From: an uncultured Myxococcales bacterium | GTDB lineage: Bacteria; Myxococcota; UBA4151 | Length of the DNA stretch: 64,000 nt | Direction: 5' to 3' | Assembly (NCBI GenBank): GCA_964013405.1 | Contig: CAXGWI010000003.1 | Location: 1-64,000, forward strand | Part shown: one piece after another, positions 38,876 to 48,363 of the stretch | How positions within the stretch are numbered: the first letter of the stretch is position 1 | Layout: the number at the start of each line of letters is the position of its first letter | The notes under the pieces: model-generated | Seen by the model: only the letters and a program-made list of their open reading frames with translations | Databases searched by the model: none | What the model was told of the DNA's origin: nothing | Program-made: the position numbers and the translations under genes

Positions 38876-39945
38876 AAGCCTGGGTGATCGTCCTCGCCGT
38901 GCTCCTCTTTGCCAGCGCCGCAGCCCTGTTGGTTGGCCCTGTCAGTCTGGAACACGAACACGCCGCCTGGGTCGTGCTCCAACTGCGACTTCCCCGACTC
39001 CTCTTGGCCCTCAGCGCCGGGGCGAGCCTGGCAGCCTGCGGGATGGTGATGCAATCGCTGCTGCGAAACCCCCTCGCTTCTCCCTACACCCTGGGGCTTG
39101 GCTCGGCCTCAGCCCTGGGCGCGGCCCTGGGTCTGCTCATCCTGCCCGTGCTGCCCAGCCGCCACGGTCTCCTCTGGCTGGCCGTCGTTCCCGGCCTGCT
39201 TCTCGCTTACCGCTTTTGGTCCTATGGCCGCCTCGCCTCCAGCCTGACCCTGATCGCATCCCTTCTCGGCAGCTACGCGCTCTGGCTCCAAGGCCTCATC
39301 GAGCCGACCGGCCTGGGGGCTTTGATCGGCGCCTGCACCGTGGCGTTGATCCTCGAAGCCCTCGATCGCAGCGGCCAAGTCCCCGGTGATGGCTTGCTAC
39401 TGGCCGGAGTCGCCATGGGGCTCAGCTGCGGTGCGGGGGTGATGCTTCTCCACTATCTGGTCGATCAAAGTACCAGCGCATCGATGCTGCGCTGGACCAT
39501 GGGTAGTTTGGCCGTGGTCGGGGCGGATAAAGCCCTCCTGATGGGCGGCGTGCTGCTGGCCAGCCTCCCCCTCTTTTTGGTCGCACTCCCAGGCTTGAAC
39601 CACCTGCAACTAGGCGAAGCGATCGCTGCCTCACGGGGCGTGGATGTCTCCCGGTTTCGCCGAGACCTCCTCTTTTTTACGGCGCTCTGGACAGGGCTGG
39701 TCGTCGCCCTGGTGGGCCCCCTCGGCTTCATCGGGATCCTCGCCCCCCATGGCGCCCGCCTGCTCTGTGGCGAAGACCAACGCCGAACGGGCCCCCTGGC
39801 CCTCCTCCTCGGTGCCGCGCTGCTGGCCGCTTGCGACGCCCTAGGAAGAGGGCTCCTGGGCAATATGGAACTACCCGTCGGCGTCGTTACCGCCCTCCTG
39901 GGCGGCCCTTGCTTTCTCTTCTTACTGCTGCGCCGCCGGCGCTAA
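38872..39945 (+). CDS. FecCD/BtuC-family ABC permease
   Basis: Motifs LRLPR, RNPLASPYTLG, LLLAGV, WTMGS, GPLGFIG and ELPVGVVTALLGGP; ATG 38872 overlaps the upstream stop. Confidence 0.92.
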   Translation: MKAWVIVLAVLLFASAAALLVGPVSLEHEHAAWVVLQLRLPRLLLALSAGASLAACGMVMQSLLRNPLASPYTLGLGSASALGAALGLLILPVLPSRHGLLWLAVVPGLLLAYRFWSYGRLASSLTLIASLLGSYALWLQGLIEPTGLGALIGACTVALILEALDRSGQVPGDGLLLAGVAMGLSCGAGVMLLHYLVDQSTSASMLRWTMGSLAVVGADKALLMGGVLLASLPLFLVALPGLNHLQLGEAIAASRGVDVSRFRRDLLFFTALWTGLVVALVGPLGFIGILAPHGARLLCGEDQRRTGPLALLLGAALLAACDALGRGLLGNMELPVGVVTALLGGPCFLFLLLRRRR

Positions 39946-39948
39946 GCG

Positions 39949-41565
39949 TTACTTCTTCTTACCCCGCTGGTAACGCATCTTGTCGGCCAGCAAGCGGAAC
40001 TCGTAGACCAGCCGGGTATAGTCCCGGTTGCCCTTGTCGCTCTCGATGATCTGCTCGACCGTCGAAAGGCCCTTCGAGCCGCCCAAGCGCCAGAGGGCCC
40101 AGAACTTCGCGAAGCGGCTCTCATTGGTCTTATCAACCTCAGAGCTCAGGGTTTTGAGCAACTGATCTCGACTGCCCTCATCCTTAAGGTAGGCCAGTTC
40201 GTAGGCGGCTTTTTCCCGGATCAACGGGTCATCGCTGCTCAGCAGCTTACGGTAACAGACAGCATCGGCCTGGCACTTGTCATAGACTCGAACCTTGCGC
40301 AGATGGCCCTCCATCATCATCCGGACTTTCCCATTGGTTTCAGCCTTCACCATCTTCTCAAGTTCAGCGGCCACTCGACCGTCGCCGGCCCGGGTTGCAT
40401 TTTCGATGGTGAACCGGCGGATTTCGACCTCACTCTTGTCGCAGTGCTTGGCATCGTAACCCATGCGCTTGCAGTCCCGACGATACTCATTGCGCTCCCC
40501 TTGGCGCAGCAATGAAAGGGCTGCTTGTCGGTCGCCAATGCGTGCGATGGAACGACCGAAGTACTCGCGGACCGTCAGGTTATTGAGTTGCTTCATAATG
40601 GTTTTGATGGCGAAGGACTCGCCGGTCCGCCCCATGGCTTCCACCAGTTTAAAAACCATCGTTTGATTGGCTTTGGGGCTGATGACCTTGTCAAACATCC
40701 CCACCTGAGCCTCGGTCAGGCCGATATCGGATAGAACTTCGCCCACCTTTGAGCGAAGGACCCAACACACTTTCTCTTTTGCATCTTGGCACAGCTTGGA
40801 GCCCTGAATGAGCCCATTGGCCACCTTGTTCTTGCCTTCGAAGGTGTTCGCCAACTTCTCCACCACGACCGGATGCATACGCATCTGGTACAAAGAGAAG
40901 CTCGCCTCAGGGTAAAAGGAGACTCCACGCTCCTTGAAGAGGTAGGTGATCAGTGTATCTGCCGAACTGGGGTCTCTCAGGTCACCAAGGGCCATGATGG
41001 CATTCTTGATAATGAAGTTGTTGTCATGGTCCTCAATGATATCGAGTAGGACCTTCGTCCCCTTCTTATCTTGCAACATTCCAACCACACGAATGGCGAC
41101 CAATGCGGTCTGGGCGTTGCCGGAATTCACGTAAGGAGTCACTTCATCGATCGTCCCGGCGGGAAGCTTCTCTCCCTTGCGGAGCAACTGCTTCAGTCCC
41201 GTCAAAATCGAACGATTCGCTGCGTTGAGCGCTTCTTCTCTCGAGGTCGCCGGCACCAGACCGCCGGGGTCGAGTCCCTTGAGTAGCGCAGGGACGACTT
41301 CCATACCCCAGCCATCGGTCAACACAGCCGCCAGGGCCGCTCGATGGGGACCAGGATTTTCAAAGGCCGCGAGCATATCCTCTTTGGCCCCGGGCACTTT
41401 TTGAACCAAAAAGACCAGGTTACGAAGGGACTCTGCCGCCTTGGCTCGCTCCCTCTCGTCGGCACTGTTCAGTGCCTCTAATGCAACCTTTTCGGGGGCT
41501 GGCTCCTCGGGAGCACAGGCTCCCAGTGCCAACAGAAGAGTCAAACTGGCCAGGGCAAGACGCAT
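39949..41565 (-). CDS. HEAT-repeat lipoprotein
   Basis: ATG at 41565 with GGAG RBS; lipobox LGAC; helical repeats (IKNAIMALGDLRD, IREKAAYELAYLKD). Confidence 0.8.
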   Translation of the reverse strand: MRLALASLTLLLALGACAPEEPAPEKVALEALNSADERERAKAAESLRNLVFLVQKVPGAKEDMLAAFENPGPHRAALAAVLTDGWGMEVVPALLKGLDPGGLVPATSREEALNAANRSILTGLKQLLRKGEKLPAGTIDEVTPYVNSGNAQTALVAIRVVGMLQDKKGTKVLLDIIEDHDNNFIIKNAIMALGDLRDPSSADTLITYLFKERGVSFYPEASFSLYQMRMHPVVVEKLANTFEGKNKVANGLIQGSKLCQDAKEKVCWVLRSKVGEVLSDIGLTEAQVGMFDKVISPKANQTMVFKLVEAMGRTGESFAIKTIMKQLNNLTVREYFGRSIARIGDRQAALSLLRQGERNEYRRDCKRMGYDAKHCDKSEVEIRRFTIENATRAGDGRVAAELEKMVKAETNGKVRMMMEGHLRKVRVYDKCQADAVCYRKLLSSDDPLIREKAAYELAYLKDEGSRDQLLKTLSSEVDKTNESRFAKFWALWRLGGSKGLSTVEQIIESDKGNRDYTRLVYEFRLLADKMRYQRGKKK

Positions 41566-41602
41566 CAGAGTAGCTCCAGAAAACCGCGGGAAACTGCTAC
41601 TC

Positions 41603-42268
41603 CTAATGTCCGGTGCGCGCAACCGCCCGTCGACGGAGCGAGGGCAAGATTCGAAACAGGCCCAGGACTTGGGCAAGGAGTGCCAACGCGGGCAGAAGGG
41701 CCCACAAGCTCAATCGATAGCTCAACTCGGGGGGGATTCCCGGATTCCAAAAGGCGTAGACCATGGCCAGAATGACGAACAAGATGACCATCTGACGCAG
41801 CAGGGTCGCCGTGTCCTGAATTCGGTGGCGCAGGTTTCGTTCGAAGCCGATGAATGCGATCTCCGCGAGGACAAGCAGGAGCAATAGAATGCCGCCGGTT
41901 TCAATGCCGGGGACGGCCTGTTGAAAGCCTGGGGTGGTCACCACGTACCAGGGCAGGAAGAGGGTGACGAAGGTGGCACAGGAGACGACCAACATGCGCA
42001 CAGACTGACTGTCCAGCCGAGCGAGCAGACCTTCAAGGTCCTGGACCGCCTGATCCAATTCCTGAACACCGGTCCGGGGCAACCGCAGCGGCGCTTGCAG
42101 GGGCGTCCTTGGGTCGGCCGGCGTCACCTCCGCGGTCAGATCAAAGTCGAGTTGTGCCTCGCCGCCGCCCGGTTGGGTGGCCTCCAAGGTCACATCCTCC
42201 GCGTCCCCGCCGGCCGTGTCCATCTCCAGGATCGGCCGGACGTCTGTCACTTCCTCATCGTCGATCAC
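41603..42268 (-). CDS. Hypothetical membrane protein (acidic N-terminus, about 4 TM helices)
   Basis: GTG overlaps the cyclase stop; hydrophobic C-terminal half (LFLPWY...). Confidence 0.65.
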   Translation of the reverse strand: MIDDEEVTDVRPILEMDTAGGDAEDVTLEATQPGGGEAQLDFDLTAEVTPADPRTPLQAPLRLPRTGVQELDQAVQDLEGLLARLDSQSVRMLVVSCATFVTLFLPWYVVTTPGFQQAVPGIETGGILLLLLVLAEIAFIGFERNLRHRIQDTATLLRQMVILFVILAMVYAFWNPGIPPELSYRLSLWALLPALALLAQVLGLFRILPSLRRRAVARTGH

Positions 42269-45243
42269 GTGACTTCAGTCCAATGATGGTGGATCTGCGC
42301 GTCGAAGAGATCGCCGCGGACCACGCCAAGGTACGAACCCGCAGCCCGGAGCAACTCCCGATCAAAGCGCCGGGGGAGGCCTTGCAGTTGGTCGACCACA
42401 TCAAGCCAGGCGGAAACATCTCGACTCAGAGCACAAGCGGCCAGAGCAGCCCAACCCTGCTCTGCGTTCTCAGTGATCCGGGCTAATGCAGCGAGGGCCA
42501 CCGCCCGATCGCCGGGGGCGCCGGCGGCCTGAGCGGCCTCGAGGAGTTCCATCGCCCGTTGCGCCACATCATCATCCCGGCGGCGACGGTCGACCATCAG
42601 GCCGATGCGCTGGGCCTGGCGGCGCAAGCGCAAAAGCCCCCGTTCGCTGCAGTTTTTGAGCAAGGGTGCCAATAAGGCCCTGGCCTCATCACCTTCCTCC
42701 TCAGCGTCTTTGAGTTGAATCCAGAGCAACTGGAGTCGAAGCTGAAACAACTCGCTTTTGAGGCCTTCGGCCAGTCGAGCACCATTCTCAAGCATCCCAT
42801 GCGCTTCTTCCACCCGACCGGCGGCCAACACCAAGGCAACGTGGTCGACCAGAACCTCGAGTCGAAGTGCGGAAGAGTTGGCCGCAGGTAGTTTTTTCTC
42901 CGCAGCCTCAAGAATTTCCATGGCGAGGCTACTGGCCCCTTGGCGAAAGGCGAGCCGGGCGGTCAGCAAATCACGCTGAACCTGATGAACAGGCTGCAGA
43001 TCAAACTCACCCATGCGCTCAAGACAACGGCCAGTCCGCCTGGTGAATCCAAGGGACTCCGCGGCCTCGGCTTGCGTCAGCCAGACAAAGGCTTGCAACT
43101 CCGGCGGCGTCTGCGGGCTCAGGGCATCTCCTGCTTCCCGAGCGACTTCGCTGGCCCCTTTGAGATCATCCTGCTCAAGTAGCAGTTGGGCCCGTAGGGC
43201 GAGGCGCTCAGGATGAGCTTCCGGAGCCCCCTCTAAGACCGCCAAAGCCTGCTTCACGTTGCCATCTTGCAGCCACAGACGCTCCGCTTGGAGCGAGACC
43301 TCAAGATCGCCACTCAGGGTTGGTTGCTGGATGGGCAGCCGATCAACGTCCAAGTTGGGCATCAGTTCTGGTGTTGGACTCTCGGCCGATGCCAACATCA
43401 GATGTCGGGCCAATTGGGACCGCAGCACGGGATGCCGGCCATCGACCCGCGACGCCAACCAGTCGGCGACCCGCTGGTGCAGGGTCTGCCGTAGGACCTG
43501 GGGGAGCATCTTTGCGGCCACCTCAGTCACCATCGTGTTGACGATCTGGTAGGCTTTGGTCTCAGGAAGACTCTTGTCTTGATAGCGCCTCAACCAGCCC
43601 TGCTCGATAAGGTATTCAAGGGCGGCAGCCACCTCAACGGCATCGCCGATGGCAATACGCTCCGCAACGGGATGCCAAAAGACCCGACCCACCGCTGCAC
43701 AGCGCTGCAGTAAATACCTGGGCGTCCGCGGGAGTTGGTCGATCCGGGCTTGGAGTAACTCCCGTAGTGAGCCTGGCAGGCTCGCCTCCAACTGCCGGCC
43801 CCCGTCTAACTCCCATCGGCCCGACTCCGATCGCTGGATCACCCCCTCATGGCGCCAGGCATCAACCAACTCAACGAGGTGGGCTGGCGTTCCCCCGCTC
43901 ATATCGGAAAGTTGGGCGAGCAGTTCATCGCTACACTGCCCCAGATTGACCTCGATCCAATCGAGAAAGCCATCGCCGGACAATGGCCCGAGCTCCAAGA
44001 CCTGGCTCACCTCTAAATCGGTAATTCCAGCATCTTCAAAGCTCGGCGTCGGCAGGGACGACAGCAGAATAAAACCGGTACCAGATGTCTCTGCCCACAT
44101 CTGGAGCCAGGCGATCGAAGCGATATCAAGTTGGTGCGCCTCTTCGACGATGATGTTCCCGACGGCCATTCTTTTCGTCTCAAGGAGCGCCTTCCATGCT
44201 TCCAGTCCAGCGCTTTGGTCCATGGTCCCCACCGCGCCCGGTAGCCCATGAAGTCTGGCCAAGGGGTCGGCCAAATGGGCGTGCTCGCCCAACCAATAGG
44301 TCAGGCTAGCCGTGTCCGGTATCAGATGGACATCACCGCTAATTTCGGCGGCGAGCAACTGGACCGGTAAGGAGAGGGGAGCCGTCGCGATGATCGGATC
44401 CAAACGGAGGTGATGGTACGTATCACTCAACCCCTCACAAAACACTTCGAGTAAATGCCCGCGCCCAAAACCACGCTGCCCCTCCAAGATGACCACTTGG
44501 CGACGGGCCTTTCCCTCTTCGTAGAAGGCCTGGAGAGCGGCGAGTTCACGATCTCGACCGACGAGGCGCTCCCGGTCGCTGTGTCGTGACGACTCAAAGC
44601 GATCCCGAATCCCTAAGACGAGAAATGATGGCTCCGGTCGATCCCGACCCTTGAGTCGCAATTCTCCAACGGGGGCCAAATCGAAACGGCGGCTCACCTG
44701 CTTAGCGGTGGTTTCCCCCACCATGACCTGCCCGGCGCCAGCGGCACTTTCGAGGCGGGCGGCCACGTTGACGGTGTCCCCAATCACCGTAAACTCTGAA
44801 GCCCGGCCTAGGGGCCCAGCGATCACCTCACCGGTGTTGATGCCAACACGCATCTGCAAATCGAGGCCCATCTGCCCACCGATTTCGGCGACGACCGTAT
44901 GAATCGCAAGACCACATAAGACCGCTCGCTCTGCGTCATCCCCACTGGCTTTGGGCACACCAAAGAGGGCCATGATGGCGTCACCGATGATCTTATCAAC
45001 GCTCCCTCCATGGGACTCCACCAACTTGCTTAAACGACCAAACAACTGGTTCATCAGTCGCTGAACAATCTCAGCGTCCATACCCTCGGCCATGTTGGTG
45101 AATGACTTCACGTCGGCGAAAAGGACGGTACACCAGCGGCGCTCGACCTGGGAGGAGGTCACCACACTCAGACCGCAATGGTGGCAGTAATTGGCCTCGG
45201 CCAAGAGGACTGTCTGGCAGTTCGTACAGACTCTTTCCGTCAT
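42265..45243 (-). CDS. Zn-ribbon + class III adenylate/guanylate cyclase + AAA/STAND-like + TPR-like protein
   Basis: CTNC...CHHCG; VLFADVKSFT, DKIIGDAIMALFG and IGDTVNVAARLE; LVGRDREL; helical C-terminus. Confidence 0.9.
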   Translation of the reverse strand: MTERVCTNCQTVLLAEANYCHHCGLSVVTSSQVERRWCTVLFADVKSFTNMAEGMDAEIVQRLMNQLFGRLSKLVESHGGSVDKIIGDAIMALFGVPKASGDDAERAVLCGLAIHTVVAEIGGQMGLDLQMRVGINTGEVIAGPLGRASEFTVIGDTVNVAARLESAAGAGQVMVGETTAKQVSRRFDLAPVGELRLKGRDRPEPSFLVLGIRDRFESSRHSDRERLVGRDRELAALQAFYEEGKARRQVVILEGQRGFGRGHLLEVFCEGLSDTYHHLRLDPIIATAPLSLPVQLLAAEISGDVHLIPDTASLTYWLGEHAHLADPLARLHGLPGAVGTMDQSAGLEAWKALLETKRMAVGNIIVEEAHQLDIASIAWLQMWAETSGTGFILLSSLPTPSFEDAGITDLEVSQVLELGPLSGDGFLDWIEVNLGQCSDELLAQLSDMSGGTPAHLVELVDAWRHEGVIQRSESGRWELDGGRQLEASLPGSLRELLQARIDQLPRTPRYLLQRCAAVGRVFWHPVAERIAIGDAVEVAAALEYLIEQGWLRRYQDKSLPETKAYQIVNTMVTEVAAKMLPQVLRQTLHQRVADWLASRVDGRHPVLRSQLARHLMLASAESPTPELMPNLDVDRLPIQQPTLSGDLEVSLQAERLWLQDGNVKQALAVLEGAPEAHPERLALRAQLLLEQDDLKGASEVAREAGDALSPQTPPELQAFVWLTQAEAAESLGFTRRTGRCLERMGEFDLQPVHQVQRDLLTARLAFRQGASSLAMEILEAAEKKLPAANSSALRLEVLVDHVALVLAAGRVEEAHGMLENGARLAEGLKSELFQLRLQLLWIQLKDAEEEGDEARALLAPLLKNCSERGLLRLRRQAQRIGLMVDRRRRDDDVAQRAMELLEAAQAAGAPGDRAVALAALARITENAEQGWAALAACALSRDVSAWLDVVDQLQGLPRRFDRELLRAAGSYLGVVRGDLFDAQIHHHWTEVT

Positions 45244-45369
45244 GATCCTTCAATACGACGACTCAGCCCGTAACACCAAACTTCGTGCGCCGCGCCCGCG
45301 AGGGATACAGGGCGCTTGAACCGGCGGCGGGGCTCCTGTACAGCCGCCCCCGCCCTGCAGGAGTCGTTC

Positions 45370-46905
45370 ATGAGTACTCTGAACACCTTAGTTGCCAAGA
45401 TTATGGTCATTGGCATCATTCTGGCCTTTATTATCAACTTTGGTCCCCAAGCCGGTACGGCCTGTCAGCCGAACCAAGGGCCAGCGATCGTGGTCAACGG
45501 CGAGGAGGTCAGCGCACAGGAATACAGTCGCGCCTACACCCAGCAACTTCGCCAACGCACGCAACAGAGCCGGGGCGAGTTCACCATTGAGCAAGCTCAA
45601 GCTGAAGGCTTTCCTAAAAAAGTCGCAGATCTTCTCGTTGAGACTCGCCTCCTTGCGGCCGAAGCGAAACGGCGAGGCCTTGAAGTCGGCGATGTCGAAC
45701 TCCGTGATGAGTTGAAGAGGATCTTCGACGGCGTGATGCCAGAGGGAGCCTGGGACCAAGAAGAATACGAGCTGCGGGTGAGGAGCACCGACATGTCGGT
45801 GCCAGAGTTTGAAAGCAGCCTACGGCGTCAACTCAGTGCCCAGAAAGTCACGGATGCCCTCATGTGGGCTGCAGAACCGACTCAAGCCGAACTCAAAGAC
45901 GCTTACCAACTGAATGAGAATCGGGCCCGCTTCCAGATGGTCTTGGTCAAACTGGCTGCCTTTGAAAGTAAGATCGAACAGCCCGATGCCGATGCGGTCC
46001 AGGCCTGGGCCGAAGCGAATGGGGACAAGATTCAAGAGGCTTACGATGGGGACGAGGCCCGCTGGACCCAAAGTGAAGAGGTCAAAGCTCGGCACATCCT
46101 GGCCAAGGTCTCAAAGGGTGCGGACCTAGATGAGAAGAAGAAGGCAAAGGCAAAAATTGAAGCGGTGATCGGCAAGCTCAAAGACGGCGCCGACTTTGTC
46201 GAATTGGCGAAAACAGAAAGCGAAGGCCCCAGCGCCAGCAAGGGCGGCGATCTGGGATGGTTCGGTCGTGGTGCCATGGTCAAACCCTTCGAAGAGGCGG
46301 CTTTTGCCCTGGAGCCTGGTGGCTTGAGCGGCGTGGTTGAAAGCTCCTTTGGGTTTCACGTCATCAAAGTCGAAGAAAAGAAGGCTGCTGGGAAAACCCC
46401 TCTCAAAGATGCCCGCAGCGAGTTGGCCAAAGAGCTGATGACGAAGGCACAAACGAGCGCCCTTGCGCGGGCTGAAGCCGACCGAATTCAGGCCCTCAAT
46501 ACCGCGGAAGGCTTCGAAGGCCTGGAGAAGACATTCACCGGCACAGCCACCGAAACCAACCCGATGGAACTGAAGGCTTCCGATAGCAATTGGCTCCGAT
46601 TGGACAGCCGAAGCGTTCCAGGCCTGGGCAGTTCCCCGGGCTTGGCCCACCGGCTGCTCCAGCAAAAAGACAAGGGCCCATGCCCTCGGGTCTACTCCAC
46701 CGAAGAGGGCTTTCTCGTCTGCCAGTTGACCGACCGCAAAGAGGCAGACGATGCCGGCTTCGCTGGGGCCGTCGAGAACCTTCGCTTTGGGCTGAAGTAC
46801 CCCCGACAGAGTCGGCTGCGCCAGGAGCTGGTTCAGCGCCTACGACGAGACGCAGAAGTCGAAATCAACTGGGAGATCGTCCGGGTTCCGGGGAGCCGGG
46901 GCTAA
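45370..46905 (+). CDS. PpiD/SurA-type membrane-anchored parvulin foldase
   Basis: N-terminal TM; SurA-N-like VNGEEVS; parvulin motifs ARHIL, GGDLGWF, MVKPFEEAAF and FGFHVIKV. Likely start is ATG 45370. Confidence 0.9.
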   Translation: MSTLNTLVAKIMVIGIILAFIINFGPQAGTACQPNQGPAIVVNGEEVSAQEYSRAYTQQLRQRTQQSRGEFTIEQAQAEGFPKKVADLLVETRLLAAEAKRRGLEVGDVELRDELKRIFDGVMPEGAWDQEEYELRVRSTDMSVPEFESSLRRQLSAQKVTDALMWAAEPTQAELKDAYQLNENRARFQMVLVKLAAFESKIEQPDADAVQAWAEANGDKIQEAYDGDEARWTQSEEVKARHILAKVSKGADLDEKKKAKAKIEAVIGKLKDGADFVELAKTESEGPSASKGGDLGWFGRGAMVKPFEEAAFALEPGGLSGVVESSFGFHVIKVEEKKAAGKTPLKDARSELAKELMTKAQTSALARAEADRIQALNTAEGFEGLEKTFTGTATETNPMELKASDSNWLRLDSRSVPGLGSSPGLAHRLLQQKDKGPCPRVYSTEEGFLVCQLTDRKEADDAGFAGAVENLRFGLKYPRQSRLRQELVQRLRRDAEVEINWEIVRVPGSRG

Positions 46906-46957
46906 GCTGCAATCAGAGGCTTAACCTCAGCACCAACTTCGCGTTAAGGAGTGGCTG

Positions 46958-47644
46958 ATGAATGCCACGCTCCTCCTCCTTATTCTCCTGGGTGAAACGG
47001 ACCCTTTCGCCAAGGTCTGGGCCCATCTCGACAAGGCAGAATTTGCGGAGGCTCAAGCCGTTGCGGTCGCTCTGGCTGCCGCTCCCGATGCCCCACCGGC
47101 GCAACAACAAAAGGCTCTAGAGTTAGCCCTCACTGCCGCCTGTAACATCGGCCAGGGGCCCTGCCTTGAAGGCGCCCAGCGCCTGGTCGACTGGAATCCG
47201 TCCTGGCGCCCCGATAGCCGGGCGCAACCGGCCTTGATCGCCGCGGCAAGACAGGCCCGACTCAGTCAGTCCCAGCGCTTGGATGCCCTTGAGGCCGTCC
47301 CTTGGCACAAGACAAAAGGGTGGTGCAGTCCCCCCGGCACCCAACAAATGATCAAAGGGGTTAACCAGGCCAGCGTCTTGGCCTTGGAGCGCTTGGCCAC
47401 CCCGTGTGTCACCGCCAGTGAGCGTACGGGCTTCCTTTTGGCACTCGACGCAAACTTTGCCCCCCTCGCCGCCTACGGAAGCCCTGCTTCACCCCGCCCG
47501 CTGGCCCCCCCCCGAGAGCAGGCTTCTCGGGGCTTGATCTTTGCGGCGGCCGGCGCACTCCTCGCAGGGCTCACCGTCGCCGTATACTTTTTTAGGACCC
47601 CCCCCACCGGCGCCCTCGATGTGCGCCTTGAGGTCAGCCCATGA
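46958..47644 (+). CDS. Hypothetical exported protein with a C-terminal TM helix
   Basis: AAGGAG RBS; hydrophobic N- and C-termini. Confidence 0.6.
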   Translation: MNATLLLLILLGETDPFAKVWAHLDKAEFAEAQAVAVALAAAPDAPPAQQQKALELALTAACNIGQGPCLEGAQRLVDWNPSWRPDSRAQPALIAAARQARLSQSQRLDALEAVPWHKTKGWCSPPGTQQMIKGVNQASVLALERLATPCVTASERTGFLLALDANFAPLAAYGSPASPRPLAPPREQASRGLIFAAAGALLAGLTVAVYFFRTPPTGALDVRLEVSP

Positions 47645-48021
47645 GAAGCCTCCTATGCTTGCTGCTGGCTGGTTGTGGTCCAGCGACAGCATCTCTAACC
47701 GTCGGCCTCCCTCTCCAGGTGACCTCAGGGGCTGACCGCATCCAACTCAGCGTCTTTGAGTCGCAGACCTGCGAGGGGCTATCACTCCCGCTGGACGGGA
47801 GCATCGAGGCCTCTTCTCAACAAGAATTCAGCAGAGGGGCACTGTCCGACACAACGGGCCAGTCAGCTATTCTCAGTCTAGAGAACGTCCCTGCAGAGAC
47901 GGAATTAACGCTAACTGCGGAGGTCTTTGGCCAGGGTGGCTCCTTGCAATTCCAAGGCTGTGAAGAAGGCCTGATGGTTGCATCTGAGGAGCGCAAACCC
48001 GTTGTACTGCGCCTTCACTGA
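47641..48021 (+). CDS. Hypothetical small lipoprotein
   Basis: Lipobox LAGC; ATGA coupling. Confidence 0.7.
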   Translation: MRSLLCLLLAGCGPATASLTVGLPLQVTSGADRIQLSVFESQTCEGLSLPLDGSIEASSQQEFSRGALSDTTGQSAILSLENVPAETELTLTAEVFGQGGSLQFQGCEEGLMVASEERKPVVLRLH

Positions 48022-48039
48022 GCCCCTGAGAAAGACAAA

Positions 48040-48076
48040 GAAAAAAAGAAAAACCGCGAACCTAGATTCGCGGTTT
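48040..48076 (-). terminator. Rho-independent terminator after tRNA-Arg
   Basis: Stem aaaccgcgaa-cctaga-ttcgcggttt, followed on the minus strand by a long T-rich run. Confidence 0.8.
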
Positions 48077-48152
48077 GGTGGGCAGGACAGGATTTGAACC
48101 TGCGACCCTCGGCTTCGGAGGCCGATGCTCTATCCAGCTGAGCTACCCGCCC
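48076..48152 (-). tRNA. tRNA-Arg(CCG)
   Basis: GGGCGGGTAGCTCAGCTGGATAGAGCATCGGCCTCCGAAGCCGAGGGTCGCAGGTTCAAATCCTGTCCTGCCCACCA forms a cloverleaf with anticodon CCG and an encoded CCA. Confidence 0.97.
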
Positions 48153-48196
48153 GGGCGAGGCCGCATGTAGCGAATGGGCCCGGGCCTGAAAAGCAG

Positions 48197-48220
48197 GAAA
48201 GGCGCCAATCGGCGCCTTTC
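48197..48220 (-). terminator. Hairpin between tRNA-Ala and tRNA-Arg (weak terminator or processing signal)
   Basis: Perfect 10-bp stem gaaaggcgcc-aatc-ggcgcctttc, followed on the minus strand by CTGCTTTT. Confidence 0.55.
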
Positions 48221-48224
48221 TCCG

Positions 48225-48300
48225 TGGTGGAGGTGAGGGGAGTCGAACCCCTGACCCCTTGAATGCCATTCAAGTACTCTACCAACTGAGCTACACCCCC
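48225..48300 (-). tRNA. tRNA-Ala(GGC)
   Basis: GGGGGTGTAGCTCAGTTGGTAGAGTACTTGAATGGCATTCAAGGGGTCAGGGGTTCGACTCCCCTCACCTCCACCA has anticodon GGC, the G3:U70 pair, A32/U38 and CCA. Confidence 0.97.
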
Positions 48301-48363
48301 ACGGGGCGGGCTCCCTTAAAAGAGGCCTCCCACTGGGGTCAAGTCCTTTGAATCTTATGACCT

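Noticed and set aside
46958..48300. Possible genomic island integrated at the tRNA genes
   Set aside because: No integrase, and I saw no duplicated tRNA 3' end. The flanks are housekeeping genes (ppiD-like, moaA).
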